Origin: Gonapodya sp. JEL0774
Lineage: Eukaryota
Length of the DNA: 64,000 bases
Assembly: GCA_027604505.1 (NCBI GenBank)
Contig: JADIIX010000114.1
Location: 1 to 64,000 of the forward strand
Reading direction: 5' to 3'
The notes beneath the pieces were generated by a model, which ran no database searches, was not told the DNA's origin, and was given only the letters and a program-made list of their open reading frames with translations. Every line of letters begins with the position of its first letter. Positions within the stretch are counted from its first letter, which is position 1. Made by a program: the position numbers and the translations under genes. Of the stretch, positions 51,304 through 64,000 are shown in pieces.

Positions 51304-52632
51304 TCAGCGCTTCGTTCCTCATTTGGTAGTCATGGCAAGTATACTCTAATCTTGTAAAGTTGTGAGTAAGAGGTATATTTTTCAAGGCCAGGTACCCCAG
51401 ACACATGTTCGCCGGCTCTAGTCTTCAATGTTTGATGTACGCGCTTTGTGATCCCATATGTTCAAACAGTGAGCGTAGATACAGGGGGCAGCAAAAGAAC
51501 TATGTCCTTGTTTCATTCCCGAAAGTCAGTCAGTGACCTACAGCACACCTCAATTGCGATGCACCGTGTTGGATGGCAGGCCGTGGCGGACTCTTGTTGC
51601 TTCATTCATTCAATGTTCCCCCAAATCCGCCAGTCCACAATCCATTTTCGAAGACACCTCGAGCGCACTGGGCGATTGTTTGAAGGAAAGAAGTTGTTGA
51701 ACTTTCAAATCTTCAATCCACTTGTTTGTGCGCTCGTGCGATCACCAGTGATTGCAAGGTTGTTCACGCAAAAATATGAAGGCGGTAATTATCACGCCCT
51801 ACGACACTTGCAAGTCCGCAAAAGGCACTGTTCCCAGTGTCAAGTTCATTCGAGAGAAAGCGAGAAGTTTCCAGAGGAAAAACACGCATGGAAGACACCA
51901 ATTCCATGTTGCAACATGACCACGAGACAAACTGACCTTCTTCAGCCCACCCGTCAGTCCCGTCCCTCCAGCATTTCGACTGTTCTCCCCATCACGAGAC
52001 CAGTCAAAAGACCATGGCCTCTATAGAGCCGGAGGTGATTCTTGCCTAAGACACTATTCAAATGTGTCAAGGCTGTTTCAGGTCTTGCTCCGGATTCACA
52101 ACTGCGACCTTTACCAAGTCGTTAATAAATCATTTAGGAGTCTCCAACCGGCGTGGTTTCCACTTCATCCCAATCGCCCGGTCTCACACATATTCACCAA
52201 AGATAAAGTTCTTCTTCCGAGGGGCGACCTCTTCATCTATTCCTTTTTATGTGAGGGCAAGAAGATTAACTTTTCTCATCGAGTCGCAACAGAATATCAG
52301 TAATTTCGAGCCATCCGCCGACCATCCCACACAAACGCACTCAGAAGCAATTCTTGATGATTTTCTTTTGATGGAGATGCTTGGAACGAGGTTCATTGTG
52401 AGAAATGCTGCAGGTCCCTGCCATTTAAGCCCAACTGCAAGAACCACCACAGCCGGGGCCGGCGAAAATTTCATAGCAGTTCTTGTCAAGAGAGATTCAT
52501 ATTTCCCCGATTTTGAGCGGGCAGTCGCTCCGGATTGAGATTGGAGCATTACAGGGATGACTGCACACAGCATGGATTCGCTGTTTGATAACATCCCTCT
52601 CAAGATTATTTTCACTCAGCATCACAACAAGG

Positions 52633-53825
52633 ATGGCGTCTCAAATCTCCTTTACGGTGCGCTTATCAATTAGTAGAGGATCTATCTCGTTTTGTCTCCT
52701 GTGACCGCCTCATTCATGCAACGGTTGGTTACTCAATGACTCAATGACCCTTTGGCAGGTGGGCAAGCTGGATGCGGGGATGGGTGAGCTGCATCATCAC
52801 ACCATAAAAGCGCTTCCATTCGCCGACCGCTTGTGTTCCATGGTGGCGATAGCGATCCTACTGTCCCCAGACCACCATTTGATCGAGTTCCCGGCGACAA
52901 TTCTGCCAGGTAACGTCCACCAACTAGGGCCACTTCGCGTTTGCCAGATAAGCGTACGTGACTATTGTCACGCTACTGATGTCAACTTGCTGGCAGATGG
53001 CGTTTCCACTGGCTCCATCGTCAATGTTTCCATTTCGCGGGATATTGAAAAGGAAACGAGAATGCGGAGAGACTTCCTCGATCTTCAAGAAGATATCTAC
53101 CACGCTTTTCGCAGAAAGCCGGAACATCCAACCATTAAAGTTAAATGGGTCACTCAGACCTCAATCACCATTACCTGGGATCCGCTCGTACTCTACAACG
53201 TGGAGCTCCGTGGCATCGATGTGTATAGAAATAATATCCGATCTCCCGGCCACTTCTACGGACCTACCACGGTAAAGCTGAGCGGCTGTGGTGAGTATCT
53301 CGAACCGGTTATTGTACCGTTTCTCAGTGTTTCTCACAAGAAGTCACGTTTTCTGCATCAGAGGTTAACACAGAGTATGAAATATTTATCGGGGTACGGA
53401 CATCTGGTGGTTCTCTCACCTCAAACAAGCTGATGGTTCGTACACATACACTCGACAACCTTACTGGCATTCGTATTGCATTCGGAGAATTCGGGATTCC
53501 CGAAGAGGTTCAGCAGCTCAAGGAAGTGTGTCGTAGAAATGAGTGCACGTGGAGTGACGATTTGACTGTTGAGAACACTCACTTTGTCTGCACATTACCA
53601 CGTGGAGAAAAGTATCAGCGGGCACTGGAGCTGAATATTCCCATTGTGAATGGAGACTGGATTCGTCAGTGCGAAGCTACCAGAAAGATCCAACCTGTCG
53701 GCATTTACCATGTTGTGAGTGATTACCATGTACCTGTTCCGTGCTGTTGATTTTACGTAACTGGTCGTCGTATTGTTGAACACTTGAAACAGGCTGCTCG
53801 TGAGGTTAATATCGGGTTCTCGTAA
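52633..53825 (+). CDS. CHS5: Exomer subunit Chs5 (N-terminal domain, FN3, BRCT)
   Basis: FT|VGKLDAGM|AILLSPDHHLIEFPATILP|..GSIVNV, VTQTSITITWDPL, VRTHTLDNLTGI, BRCT THFVC..IPIVNGDW; ends 53825 if the last intron 53717-53792 is used, otherwise 53750. Confidence 0.93.
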
Positions 53826-54057
53826 ACTTGGTTTTGCATTGTTTACAGCGCTATGAGTGGGATTTGTAAAGCTGGAATATCTGAACAATTATGCTTGGGT
53901 TTGCAAGTTGAATTCCAGTCGGGAACTTTCGTTGTCTGTCTTCCCCTCCGCAGATCCTACTGTCGACTGATAAAACAGTTATCCCCAGCTGGCCCAACAC
54001 TGAAACTAAGAGAAACTCCCAAACATTGTAGGTGGCAGGCTGGACTTTGCACACAAA

Positions 54058-57000
54058 ATGTTCGGCGGGCCCAGTCGGAATTCCATGCTCCCAGCTAAGC
54101 TGAGGTGCGCCTGCCTCTCGCCAAGGGGTGCATTGGGGTATGTGGTGCCTGGTCCAATCGACCTGCCGACAAAATCGTGATAAGTGCCCCCCCGTTTGGA
54201 TGCAAAATTTCATGACAATCTGTCAATTTTCAAAGAAGTGTTCTTGAGTGGGAGTGGTTTTTGAACCCTAAACCCCCTTTACCGAATTGTACCAGTCTCT
54301 CCCCAAGGGTCGACTTGGACTTGCGTTTCAGCTTTTCCAATCGGGCACCCTGAGGAGAGGCGAGCATTTCCGGCCCAGCTCTCCCAGCCTGTAGTGCTGC
54401 ACTCAGCCTCAAGACCTCGACCACAGCACTAGCACGAGGCCCAAAATGCCTCTACCAAAATATTTTCGCGACGACTTTGCTGGCTCATTCGGAATGGAGT
54501 CCTATCTGGACCCCGTGTCCATCCATCATCGGAGTCGGATGACAGCCCAGCGAGCACGGATGATGCATGGCGCTTCAGGTTGGGTTGGTGGGAACGCTCA
54601 TCCTGATTCGTTAATGAACCGAAACGCAGTGTTCTCGGACATGCTTGTGTCTACATCTCTCAATATCTCTCCCCTTCTCCGGCCGTCTTCTGTACCTGGA
54701 GAAGTCTCGAAACCTCCCCTACATCTTCCATCTCTTTCCACCTCTTCCCCCCAATCGTCTCGATGCTCTCTTGCGTCTCGTGCGCTTCCTCCTTTGCCTT
54801 TTTCGGGGCAAAATGGATTGACAGTAGCGCACTCCTTTAACTCAAACCAATCACGGGAGCAATCACCATCTCTCTCCGAACCCATGACTGTGGCGGAGAC
54901 ACGTTTACCCCGTCAGCAGGAGAGCGGAACCTCTATAACCAGTGACGTGCCTAAAAATGAAGGACCTGACATGTCCAAGTGTCTCGAACCGAAGGTTCTC
55001 ATCCCCTACGTAAATCGGGCGGGTCAAACCCCCCGAAAAGTGGAAATTGAGCGACGAAAACGATTGTACGCGAAACAAGATATCACTGAGCTTCTGCAAC
55101 AGTTTGGTGTAACGAATGACATGATGATTAGGGAGGAGAAAATGATGTTGGAACTGCAGCTTGATACTGCCTCTACTAGAGCGGAAGACGAAGCACCACA
55201 ATCAAGTCAGCCACAGTCCCTGCGTTCGGTTTCTGGTCCATTTCTTCCGATAAGCCTTTTTGACAATGTGGAGTATGAACCTCGTACTATCATGGAATGG
55301 TTGCATATGGATCAAATTCTTCCGGGTCAACTGGTCACAGACGGCAACACGGCACAAACGGCCGTGTTTGCCACTTCAACCCAGTCACGCAAAATCATCT
55401 CGGCGTCTATGCTTGTCCCCGTGAAAGTTTTCAATCACGTCCGATGGCGTGATGCACTGGTGTGGGGGTATGACTTAGAGAAGGACTTGTGGGGTGTACG
55501 ACTCACCTCAGTATCTGGTTGGGAATCTCATGGCGGCAAAATGTCAGACGCGAGCGAAAACGGTGTGCTGGCTAGACCCGCGTGGGCAGAGAATGAATTG
55601 ACAGACACACAACTTGGAACCGACGAAACCTGGGTTCATAGGTAGCTATGAATGAAAGCGTCTGTTGCTTCCGCTTGACTGAGTTCACAAGTTTTCGCGT
55701 TGTCCCTTTCCTCGCGTAGAACAAGTCTCATGTTTTTGGCAGAAGACCCGTACAATTTTGCGAGGAGGATTGCAGCGGCGTTTGCCATGCGCGATGACAC
55801 AGAGAGAATCCTTGTGGGTGATGCAGGAACCTTGTTAACTTCAGCGATTATTAACGACTCATCTGTTCTATTTGGTGTTGGAAGAGATACAACTTCTATG
55901 TGGACTGCATGCCAATCTCCGAGGCACCTGGACTTGACGCCAATACGCTGGATAGAATTCGTCGGATCACTTTTGGATCCGGCAAAGTTCCTTTCGCTAG
56001 TGTTCTTAAAACTCTTGTGGCGGAGGAGCTCTTTGAGGACTTGAAGGTAGACTATTTGAAATGTCTCAATAAAATGGTATTTGACAGGGAGGTAAGCCAC
56101 CTCAACTCAGCTTGATCAAGTCATCGAATCTGAACTCAACTCATATTGCTTGCGCAGGTTTGCAACCCTTTAAAGAGGGAAGAGTATGCTTTTGTGCAGA
56201 TTTCAGCGCTTGAACCGAACATGTCTGTACCCAAGTAAGTTAAAGCAGGAACTCTAGTGCACACATGTGCCGAACAGCACTCCTGTCTCACAGATTCGGA
56301 AAATGTCCTGATGTGCCATTCTATGATTATGATGAGCGTCGGCGTTCGTTCAGCTTCGCAACTTATTTCAGCAAAGTTGAGGTGATCCGCACACTTTCTC
56401 GCATCCGTGTAGAGTGTGATAAGCTTTTACATGGCTATTCACTTGTTGCGCTAGTCAACAAAATGGTGAAGTTGGATGAATTTGAGCAAGTTCAGGCACA
56501 AAACTTTCAGTTGCTGAAAACCGTCACGAGGGAACAGTATGTATCATAATTTGTGGTACTTTTCGATCTGATCACCTCATTTCGGGAATTAGGTGGATTC
56601 CAGCATTGAAGAACGCAATAAAAAGTGGCTTTAAAGATGTTGGAAAAGGCTGGTATAACATCCAAGAGTCCAATATGGAAGTTTACAAGATCTCGAAGTT
56701 TCGGAAGTTCATGACTTCCGTCAAGTTTCTCATGCAGGATACGCTTCGCTTTCTCGTTTTCAATTCGCTCAATGAGTACTTACGTATGTTCTCCCTGCCA
56801 CTAACCCATAAGGTTGTAGTGGTTGGAACCAATGATGTGAAGATAGTCGAACGCAATGCAGGAATCCGCTTCACCGGAGCTGCGGAGCAATCACATAGGA
56901 AGCCAGTATTTCAAATTGATTTGGTTTTCCGGAACGGTCGTATTCAGTATAGCACTGAGTTGGCACTCTTCGAGCGAATTGCGCTTATTGTTTTCGACAA

Positions 57001-60000
57001 GGCCCTCACTGCCTTAGATGGTCTGCCGCAGTTGGAACCTTTGGTGATGGATGTGATGTTTTGGGCAATGAAACCTGTTTTGGAGACTGTGCGCGATAGT
57101 GAACCTGCGGTTGCACGGCTGCGTATGTCGGTGAGAGCTGCAGTAAAGGAGAGTCTGATTCCACTCGAAGCGTACCTCCGCCAGTATGATAAACACCTAA
57201 AAATGCTCACACTCGATCCTTTGCAATACATGAAGCAATATGAGGCTCAGGAACATTCTTTAGAGGAGATGCAGAATGACATAAAGCGACACTCGCAGGA
57301 TTGGGAACAGGTGGAGCGAGATATTCCAAGTCATATTTCTCTGGGAGTGTTCTACGTCGGGTGTGACGCAATTCGTAATTCTCTCAAGAAAGATCTTTCA
57401 AAGGTTATCCTTGAAATCCTTTCGAAACGAACATCGAAGTTGGCGAACACTATCTTCATGGAGTTCGCCGCTATTCAGCAGCGTCTAAGAGAGCGACCCA
57501 GTAATATTGAAGAGCTCACGGAGCTGCGTGAGTACATGCAGGCCGTGCCTGATCTACAAGCCAATCTCAAGGAAAAGATTGCGGATATGCTTAAACATTG
57601 TGAAGTTCTGGAATCTTTCCGCTACGATTCTTTAAACGAAGATTTTCGTGCTCGGTGGATTGCAGTTTCCTGCCCGGCGAAGGTCGAGGATTTGATGAAG
57701 CAGGTACAGGAAGCTTCCGAGATTGACCACGCGTCATTCCTCAAAAGCCTGCAATCAGATCAAGAAGTGTTTAAAGAGCGTATGAATCTCATTCAGGGAA
57801 TCATTAGTGATTTCAGCAAGCACACAGACATCGCAAAGGTGGGGGAGATCGGAGCCGAGGTTCAGCGGGTGACACAGGAGCTCAAAGATTGCCAGGGTTT
57901 GGTCAATTTGTTCAACACACGGGAAAGACTCTTCGGTCTTGAGGCCACGAAGTACGACGAGGTCCCACAGATGCTCAAAGATTTCGAACCTTACAGGAAC
58001 CTTTGGGTTACAACTGCGGACTGGCTCAAGTGGAAATCCACGTGGATGCATGGCAGTTTCAACGAATTGAACTCAGAAGATGTCGAGAAGAATCTCACAA
58101 GCTCCTGGCGTACAATGTTCAAACTTGTCAAGGCCTTCAAGGACGTTCCAGGCTGCTTGGATGTGGCGAACCAAGTTAGGGATGAAATGGATCAATTCAA
58201 GCCTTTCTTACCGCTCATTCAAGCACTACGTAATCCAGGCATGCGGGAGCGACACTGGGAGCGACTTTCGACCGATTTAGATATCACCCTCCGTCCCGTA
58301 GATAATTTTACTCTCACTGATCTCATCAAAATGAACCTTATCGAAAAAGTTGATCAAATCTCCAAAGTCTGCGATGTTGCAGGTAAAGAATTTGCAATCG
58401 AGTCCGCTCTGGATAAAATGGAGAACGACTGGAAAGAAGTGACGCTGGAGATTCTTCCGTACAAAGAAACTGGAACATTTGTCATGAAGGCTTCAGATGA
58501 GGTATGAGTCTACCACCAAATCACAATTTTCATTTACCGTTCCTCGTTGTTCTCTTCAAAAGGCGGTCCGCATGTTGGATGATCACATTGTGATGACTCA
58601 ATCCATGAGTTTTTCGCCCTTCAAGAAGCCTTTCGCCGAACGCCTCCAAACATGGGACACAAAACTTCGGACGGTACAAGAAGTAATGGAGGCGTGGATG
58701 GCATGTCAAAGATCGTGGCTCTACTTGGAACCCATATTTAGTTCGGATGACATACAGTCGCAACTCCCTGCAGAAGCAAAACGTTTCACCGCGATCGATC
58801 GCGCATGGAGGAAGACAATGGGGCAGGCTAAGGCGAAACCGGGCGTCATCGACTGCTGTGCAGATGCCAAACTTCTCGAAGTGTTGAAGGATGCGAACAA
58901 GATGCTGGAGTTGGTTTCCAAGGGGCTCACTGCCTATTTGGAGAGCAAACGTATTGCCTTTCCACGATTTTTTTTCTTGTCCGATGATGAACTTCTTCAA
59001 ATTCTATCGCAAACCAAGGATCCAACTGCAGTGCAACCGCACTTGCGTAAATGCTTTGAGAATATTGCGAAACTGGATTTCCAACCCGACAAGAAGATTA
59101 CGGCTATGTATTCGGGAGAGGGAGAGAAGGTTGACATTGCAGAACCATTCTATCCAAAAGGCAACGTTGAAGAATGGTTGTTGAAAACGGAGGAGGCGAT
59201 GCGAAAAAGCGTGCACAAAGTCCTACTGGATGGGCTCCATACTTATCTGCAGAAGCCCAGAACTCAATGGGTACTGGACTGGCCAGGACAAGTTGTATTG
59301 GCAGTAAGCCACATATTTTTCACCCAAGAAGTTGCAGAAGCTTTTAAAACTGGCCACTCTGGACTCAAAGTCCTCTTTGAAAATCTTCTCTTCCAACTCC
59401 AAGGTCTGGTTAACTTGGTTCGCGGGGAGCTTCCGTTCATTCAGCGACTGGTTCTTGGGGATCTTATCGTGATGGATGTGCACGCTCGCGATGTATGCAA
59501 AAGACTTTTGGACGCAGGAGTGCAATCAGAGAATGATTTTGAGTGGATAAGTCAGCTGCGCTATTATTGGGAGGAAGATGACCTGAAAGTGAAGATTGTG
59601 AACGCTGTTTTCAAGTATGGCTACGAATATTTGGGAAACACTGGTCGCTTGGTTGTTACCCCCTTAACTGACCGATGTTATCTAACCCTCTGTGGAGCTC
59701 TGCAGCTGGGGATGGGCGGGGCGCCTGCGGGTCCCGCGGGCACAGGCAAAACCGAAACCGTGAAAGATTTGGCGAAAGCGTTGGCGAAACAATGCATTGT
59801 ATTTAACTGTTCTGATCAGTTGGATTACCTTGCAATGGCTAAATTTTTCAAAGGCCTCGCCAGTGCAGGCGCTTGGGCATCACTGGACGAGTTTAATCGG
59901 ATTGACATTGAGGTTTTGTCGGTCGTCGCTCAGCAGATCAGTACAATTCAAAAGGCTGCCCAGGCGGGGCTTACGAAGTTCATTTTCGAAGGGGTCGAAC

Positions 60001-63000
60001 TACCCCTGGATGCAACCAACGGCATATTTATCACCATGAACCCGGGCTACGCAGGACGTACGGAGTTACCCGACAATCTGAAGGCGTTGTTTCGTCCAGT
60101 GGTGAGCTCAACGTTCTTTGCAAATCAACGCGCTTTGGTTTTGAGTCCGCGTTTCACATAGGCAATGATGATACCCGACTATGGGATGATTGCGGAGATT
60201 AGCTTGTTCTCGTTCGGATTTGCTAATGCGAAGCTTTTAGCTGGCAAGATGGTGGCTACTTTTAAACTTTCGTCAGAGCAGCTTTCCTCCCAAGACCATT
60301 ATGACTTCGGAATGAGAGCAGTCAAAACTGTCATTTCAGCAGCCGGAAACCTCAAACGACAGCTGCCCAACTCTCAAGAAGAGTTGTTGTTGTTACGAGC
60401 GCTTTGCGATGTCAACCAACCCAAATTTCTTGCAGACGACTTAGTGCTGTTCAACGGGATAATCTCAGATCTATTTCCGGGTATATTGCAGCCAAAACTT
60501 GATTACGGGGATCTCTTAGACGTCATGAGCGCAACCTGCACCAAGCTTGGACTGCAACCGGTACCTAATTTCATCAACAAGTGCATTCAGCTGTACGAGA
60601 CCACCGTTGTCCGGCACGGACTCATGCTTGTTGGTCCCACTGGAGGGGGCAAAACCAGCTGCTACAGAGTTTTGGCCCAATCACTTTCCACTCTTCAAGG
60701 AAAAATCGCACCCACTGGTAACAAGTACGAAAAGGTGAAAGTTTATGTGCTCAATCCCAAATCAATAACAATGGGTCAACTGTATGGAGAGTTTGATCCA
60801 CAAACGCACGAATGGACAGACGGAATCTGCGCGTATCTTATCCGTGAAGGCGTGGATGAACATTCTAGTGACAAAAAGTGGTACGTTTTTGACGGGCCTG
60901 TCGATGCCGTATGGATTGAGAGCATGAACACCGTACTGGACGACAACAAGAAGCTTTGCCTCAGTTCGGGAGAAATCATTAAAATGGATGCGACACAGAC
61001 TATGATGTTTGAGGTGGAAGACCTAGCCTATGCCTCACCGGCTACAGTGTCTCGTTGCGGGATGATATACATGGAGCCTGGAGCCCTAGGGTTGCACCCA
61101 CTTATTGCTTCATGGACAAAAATGGTGCAAAGCCTCATGCCGAATGCAATCGCTCTGGACTTTGGTGAAATTGTGAACTCGCTCTTTGAAATCTACCTGC
61201 AACCTGCCCTTGATTTTGTTCGCCGGAACGTGAAAGAATTTGTGGCGACCACCAACCCAAGCTTAGCCCTGAGCCTCATGAAGATTATGCATTCAATGAT
61301 TGTCCCAATTTTCAGGCAGGAGCAAAACATTGATGGCACCACCCAAGAAACACCCAACAAGTATTCACATTTTGAGACCTTTGTGGAGCCTTTCTTCTTC
61401 TTCTCCCTTATCTGGTCGGTGGGAGCAACTTCTGACTCGGAGGGGCGCAAGAAGTTCGACTCGTGGATGCGCGGAAAATTCAAAGAGCACTCTCCTCGCA
61501 TTGCTTTCCCTGAGAACGGGTGTGTTCACGACTTCAAGTTTGATCAAGACAAGAAAGTATGGGTAAATTGGATGGATGATGTGCCGGAATTTATGGTACC
61601 TCAAAAAGCAGGCACAGAAGCTGTCCTAGTTCCCACCATTGACACCATACGAAGTAGTTTCCTTTTTGAAACGTTGCTGGCCAATAGTTGTCACGTCCTT
61701 TGCGTGGGTCCAACAGGAACTGGCAAATCAGTTGTTATTCAAAATAAGCTAATGAAGGAAATGCACGCGAACAGCACTCCAATCTTTATGTCCTTCTCTG
61801 CTCGAACTAGTGCAAATCAAACCCAAGACTTGATTGATTCGAAACTTGAGAAACGACGCAAAGGGGTGTTTGGTCCTCCAATGGGAAAAAAATTTATAGT
61901 ATTTGTTGACGATTTAAACATGCCTCAATTGGACATTTGCAGCGCCCAGCCACCAATCGAACTCATTCGCCAGTGGTTAGACCACAGTGGTTGGTATGAT
62001 CGTAAGTCGGTTGGCCGATTTATGGAGGTCGTGGACATCGTTTTCATCAGTGCGATGGGTCCACCTGGAGGGGGTCGCAATCCTGTGACACGCCGTATGA
62101 CACGACATTGTAATCTCATCTCTTTTGTTGAGATGGAAACACCAAGTGTTCAGCGGATATTTGGCACTATTCTATCGTCCTTCCTGCAGAAGTTCACCCC
62201 TGAAGTGCAAACTCTTACCAATTCTGTTGTGACTGGATCAATTAGGATTTATGATACAATTCGATCAGAGTTGCTTCCGACGCCTCTCAAATCTCACTAT
62301 ACTTTCAACCTGCGTGATCTTGCAAAAATTTTCCAAGGTCTACTGAATGGCGACAACAAAACCATCACCCAAGAAGCAGATCTCATTCGTCTTTGGGCAC
62401 ACGAGTGTCTGCGTGTTTTCTCTGACCGTCTCGTGGACGCTGCTGATCGCGGCTGGTTCTCTGATTTGCTCAAGCAAACCATGAACGAAAATCTGCGTTT
62501 TGCTTGGTCACATGTTGTGCTCTCAGAGCCGCTCATGTATGGTGATTATTTGACTCAGGGATCTGATACCAAAGTTTATACTGAAGTAAGAGACTTGAAG
62601 AAGCTTGTCAAGCTTGTCGAAGACTATCTGGAAGATTACAATTCAACTTCTACATCGCCAATGAAGCTTGTTCTGTTCTTGGATGCCATTGAGCATGTCT
62701 CCAGGATATGCCGTATTCTACGGCAGCCATTTGGACACGCGCTACTGTTAGGAGTTGGAGGTAGTGGCAGACAATCATTGGCACGTTTGGCAACACACAT
62801 GGAGGAGTTTGAAATTTTCCAAGTCGAACTCTCCAAGAACTACGGACAGAATGAGTGGAAAGAAGACCTCAAAAAAATACTGTTCTCTGCTGGTATTGAC
62901 GGCAAGTCAATTGTTTTCCTTTACACCGACACTCAAATTGTTTCTGAGGGTTGTGTCGAAGATATCAACAACATTCTCAACTCTGGAGATGTTCCAAATC

Positions 63001-64000
63001 TCTATAAGCCAGAGGAAATAGACCGTATTCTTAACGCCATGCGGCCAATTGCCACAGAAATGGCAATCACCCCAACTAAAGAAAACCTCCATGCTCTCTA
63101 TGTCTCCCGGGTACGCCAAAGTCTGCATTTGGTTCTCTGTATGAGCCCAATTGGAGAAGCATTCAGAAATAGAATAAGAATGTTCCCTTCTCTGGTAAAT
63201 TGTTGTACCATCGATTGGTTCTCTACCTGGCCGGAAGAAGCTCTTCGATCTGTTGCTGCTAGCTCTATTGCAGGTGGGTTGGTCTTTCTTCATGTGATCC
63301 TTGAATTTGACTGCATACAATGTACAAATGTTTGAAATAGAAATGACAGACCTGGGGTCTGAGACTGTGATTGATGGGATCATTGGCTTGTGTGTTGAAA
63401 TGCATGAATCCGTGCGACATAAATGCCTACAGTATAAAGCTGAGCTGAACCGAAACAATTATGTGACTCCCAAGAGCTACCTTGAGCTTTTGGGATTGTA
63501 TCGGACACTTCTGGACAAAAAGCGCGGTGAACTTCAAGCCCAGAAGAAACGTACAGCAGGTGGGTTGGAGAAACTCCTGAGCTCCACCAAAGAGGTAGAA
63601 ATTCTTCAAGAGGAGCTTGAGGCTATGCAACCCATGCTGCTTCAAACCTCACAGGAAGTTGATTTTACAATGAAGAAGATTGCTGTTGACAAAGTGAAGG
63701 CAGAGGAAATAAGAGAACATGTAGCAAAGGAAGAAATACAAGCTTCCAAAAAAGCTGAGGAGACTAAGGCAATTGCAGATGATGCCAAAAAAGATTTGGA
63801 CGAGGCTCTGCCTGCCCTTGATGCTGCTTTGGAGAGTTTGAACAGCTTAACCAAAAATGACATTACAGAGATTCGGAGTATGCAGCGACCTCCAGAAGGT
63901 GTGAAACTGGTTATGGAGGCAGTCTGCATCATGAAAGGAATAAAACCAAAGAAAATTGACGGAGACAAACCAGGAAAGAAGATAGATGACTATTGGGCAG
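54058..64000 (+). CDS. DNAH1: Axonemal inner-arm dynein heavy chain, DNAH1-like (3' end outside window)
   Basis: N-terminal PRKVEIERRKRLY, FLAEDPYNFARRI; AAA1 GPAGTGKT, AAA2 GPTGGGKT, AAA3 GPTGTGKS, AAA4 GVGGSGRQ; start of stalk; first exon 54058-54104 inferred (otherwise start 54446). Confidence 0.93.

Noticed and set aside
52080..52420. Selenoprotein via in-frame TGA on the minus strand
   Set aside because: No recognisable selenoprotein motif or SECIS; frames do not join coherently
54263..54274. AACCCTAAACCC telomere-template-like string (telomerase RNA?)
   Set aside because: Only ~30 nt separate it from the closing helix, with no U-rich/A-rich pseudoknot, and the region is better explained as a dynein intron
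54085..54410. SRP RNA or RNase P/MRP RNA (TCCCAGCTA..GCTGAGG and GCCTGTAGT resemble 7SL Alu words)
   Set aside because: Motifs are in the wrong order, there is no helix-8 GNRA/AGCAG motif, and no convincing P4 CR-I/CR-V pair

Overview
Gene-dense, intron-rich eukaryotic DNA. It is most likely from a zoosporic (chytrid-grade) fungus, inferred from fungal markers (Zn2Cys6 transcription factor, Chs5) occurring together with flagellar genes (CFAP44, a DNAH1-like inner-arm dynein). About 20 protein-coding genes were spliced by hand: a divergent H2B/H2A pair, a Zn2Cys6 TF, a UBL-WLM protease, an intronless AAA ATPase, an OTU deubiquitinase, a 90-aa membrane microprotein, CCDC130, SDH2, a Myb/Reb1-like protein, a PRPSAP/Prs5-like protein, a half-size ABCA transporter, an F-box/WD40 protein, CFAP44, a coiled-coil protein, a Glo3-type ArfGAP, an LRR PP1 regulator, DCAF7, Chs5 and the dynein heavy chain (truncated by the window end). 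There is one 41-N gap and a probable decayed retroelement. Two non-coding observations stand out. (1) An intron-containing fungal H2A gene is followed by a metazoan/protist-type histone 3' stem-loop (AAC-GGAATT-TTTA-AATTCC-ACC). (2) Most introns well above the usual ~50-90 nt fold into nested, G-U-rich hairpins on the sense strand, suggesting structure-assisted splicing; one of these reveals a hidden first exon of the dynein gene. All calls come from manual reading and motif recall; no database searches or folding computations were run.
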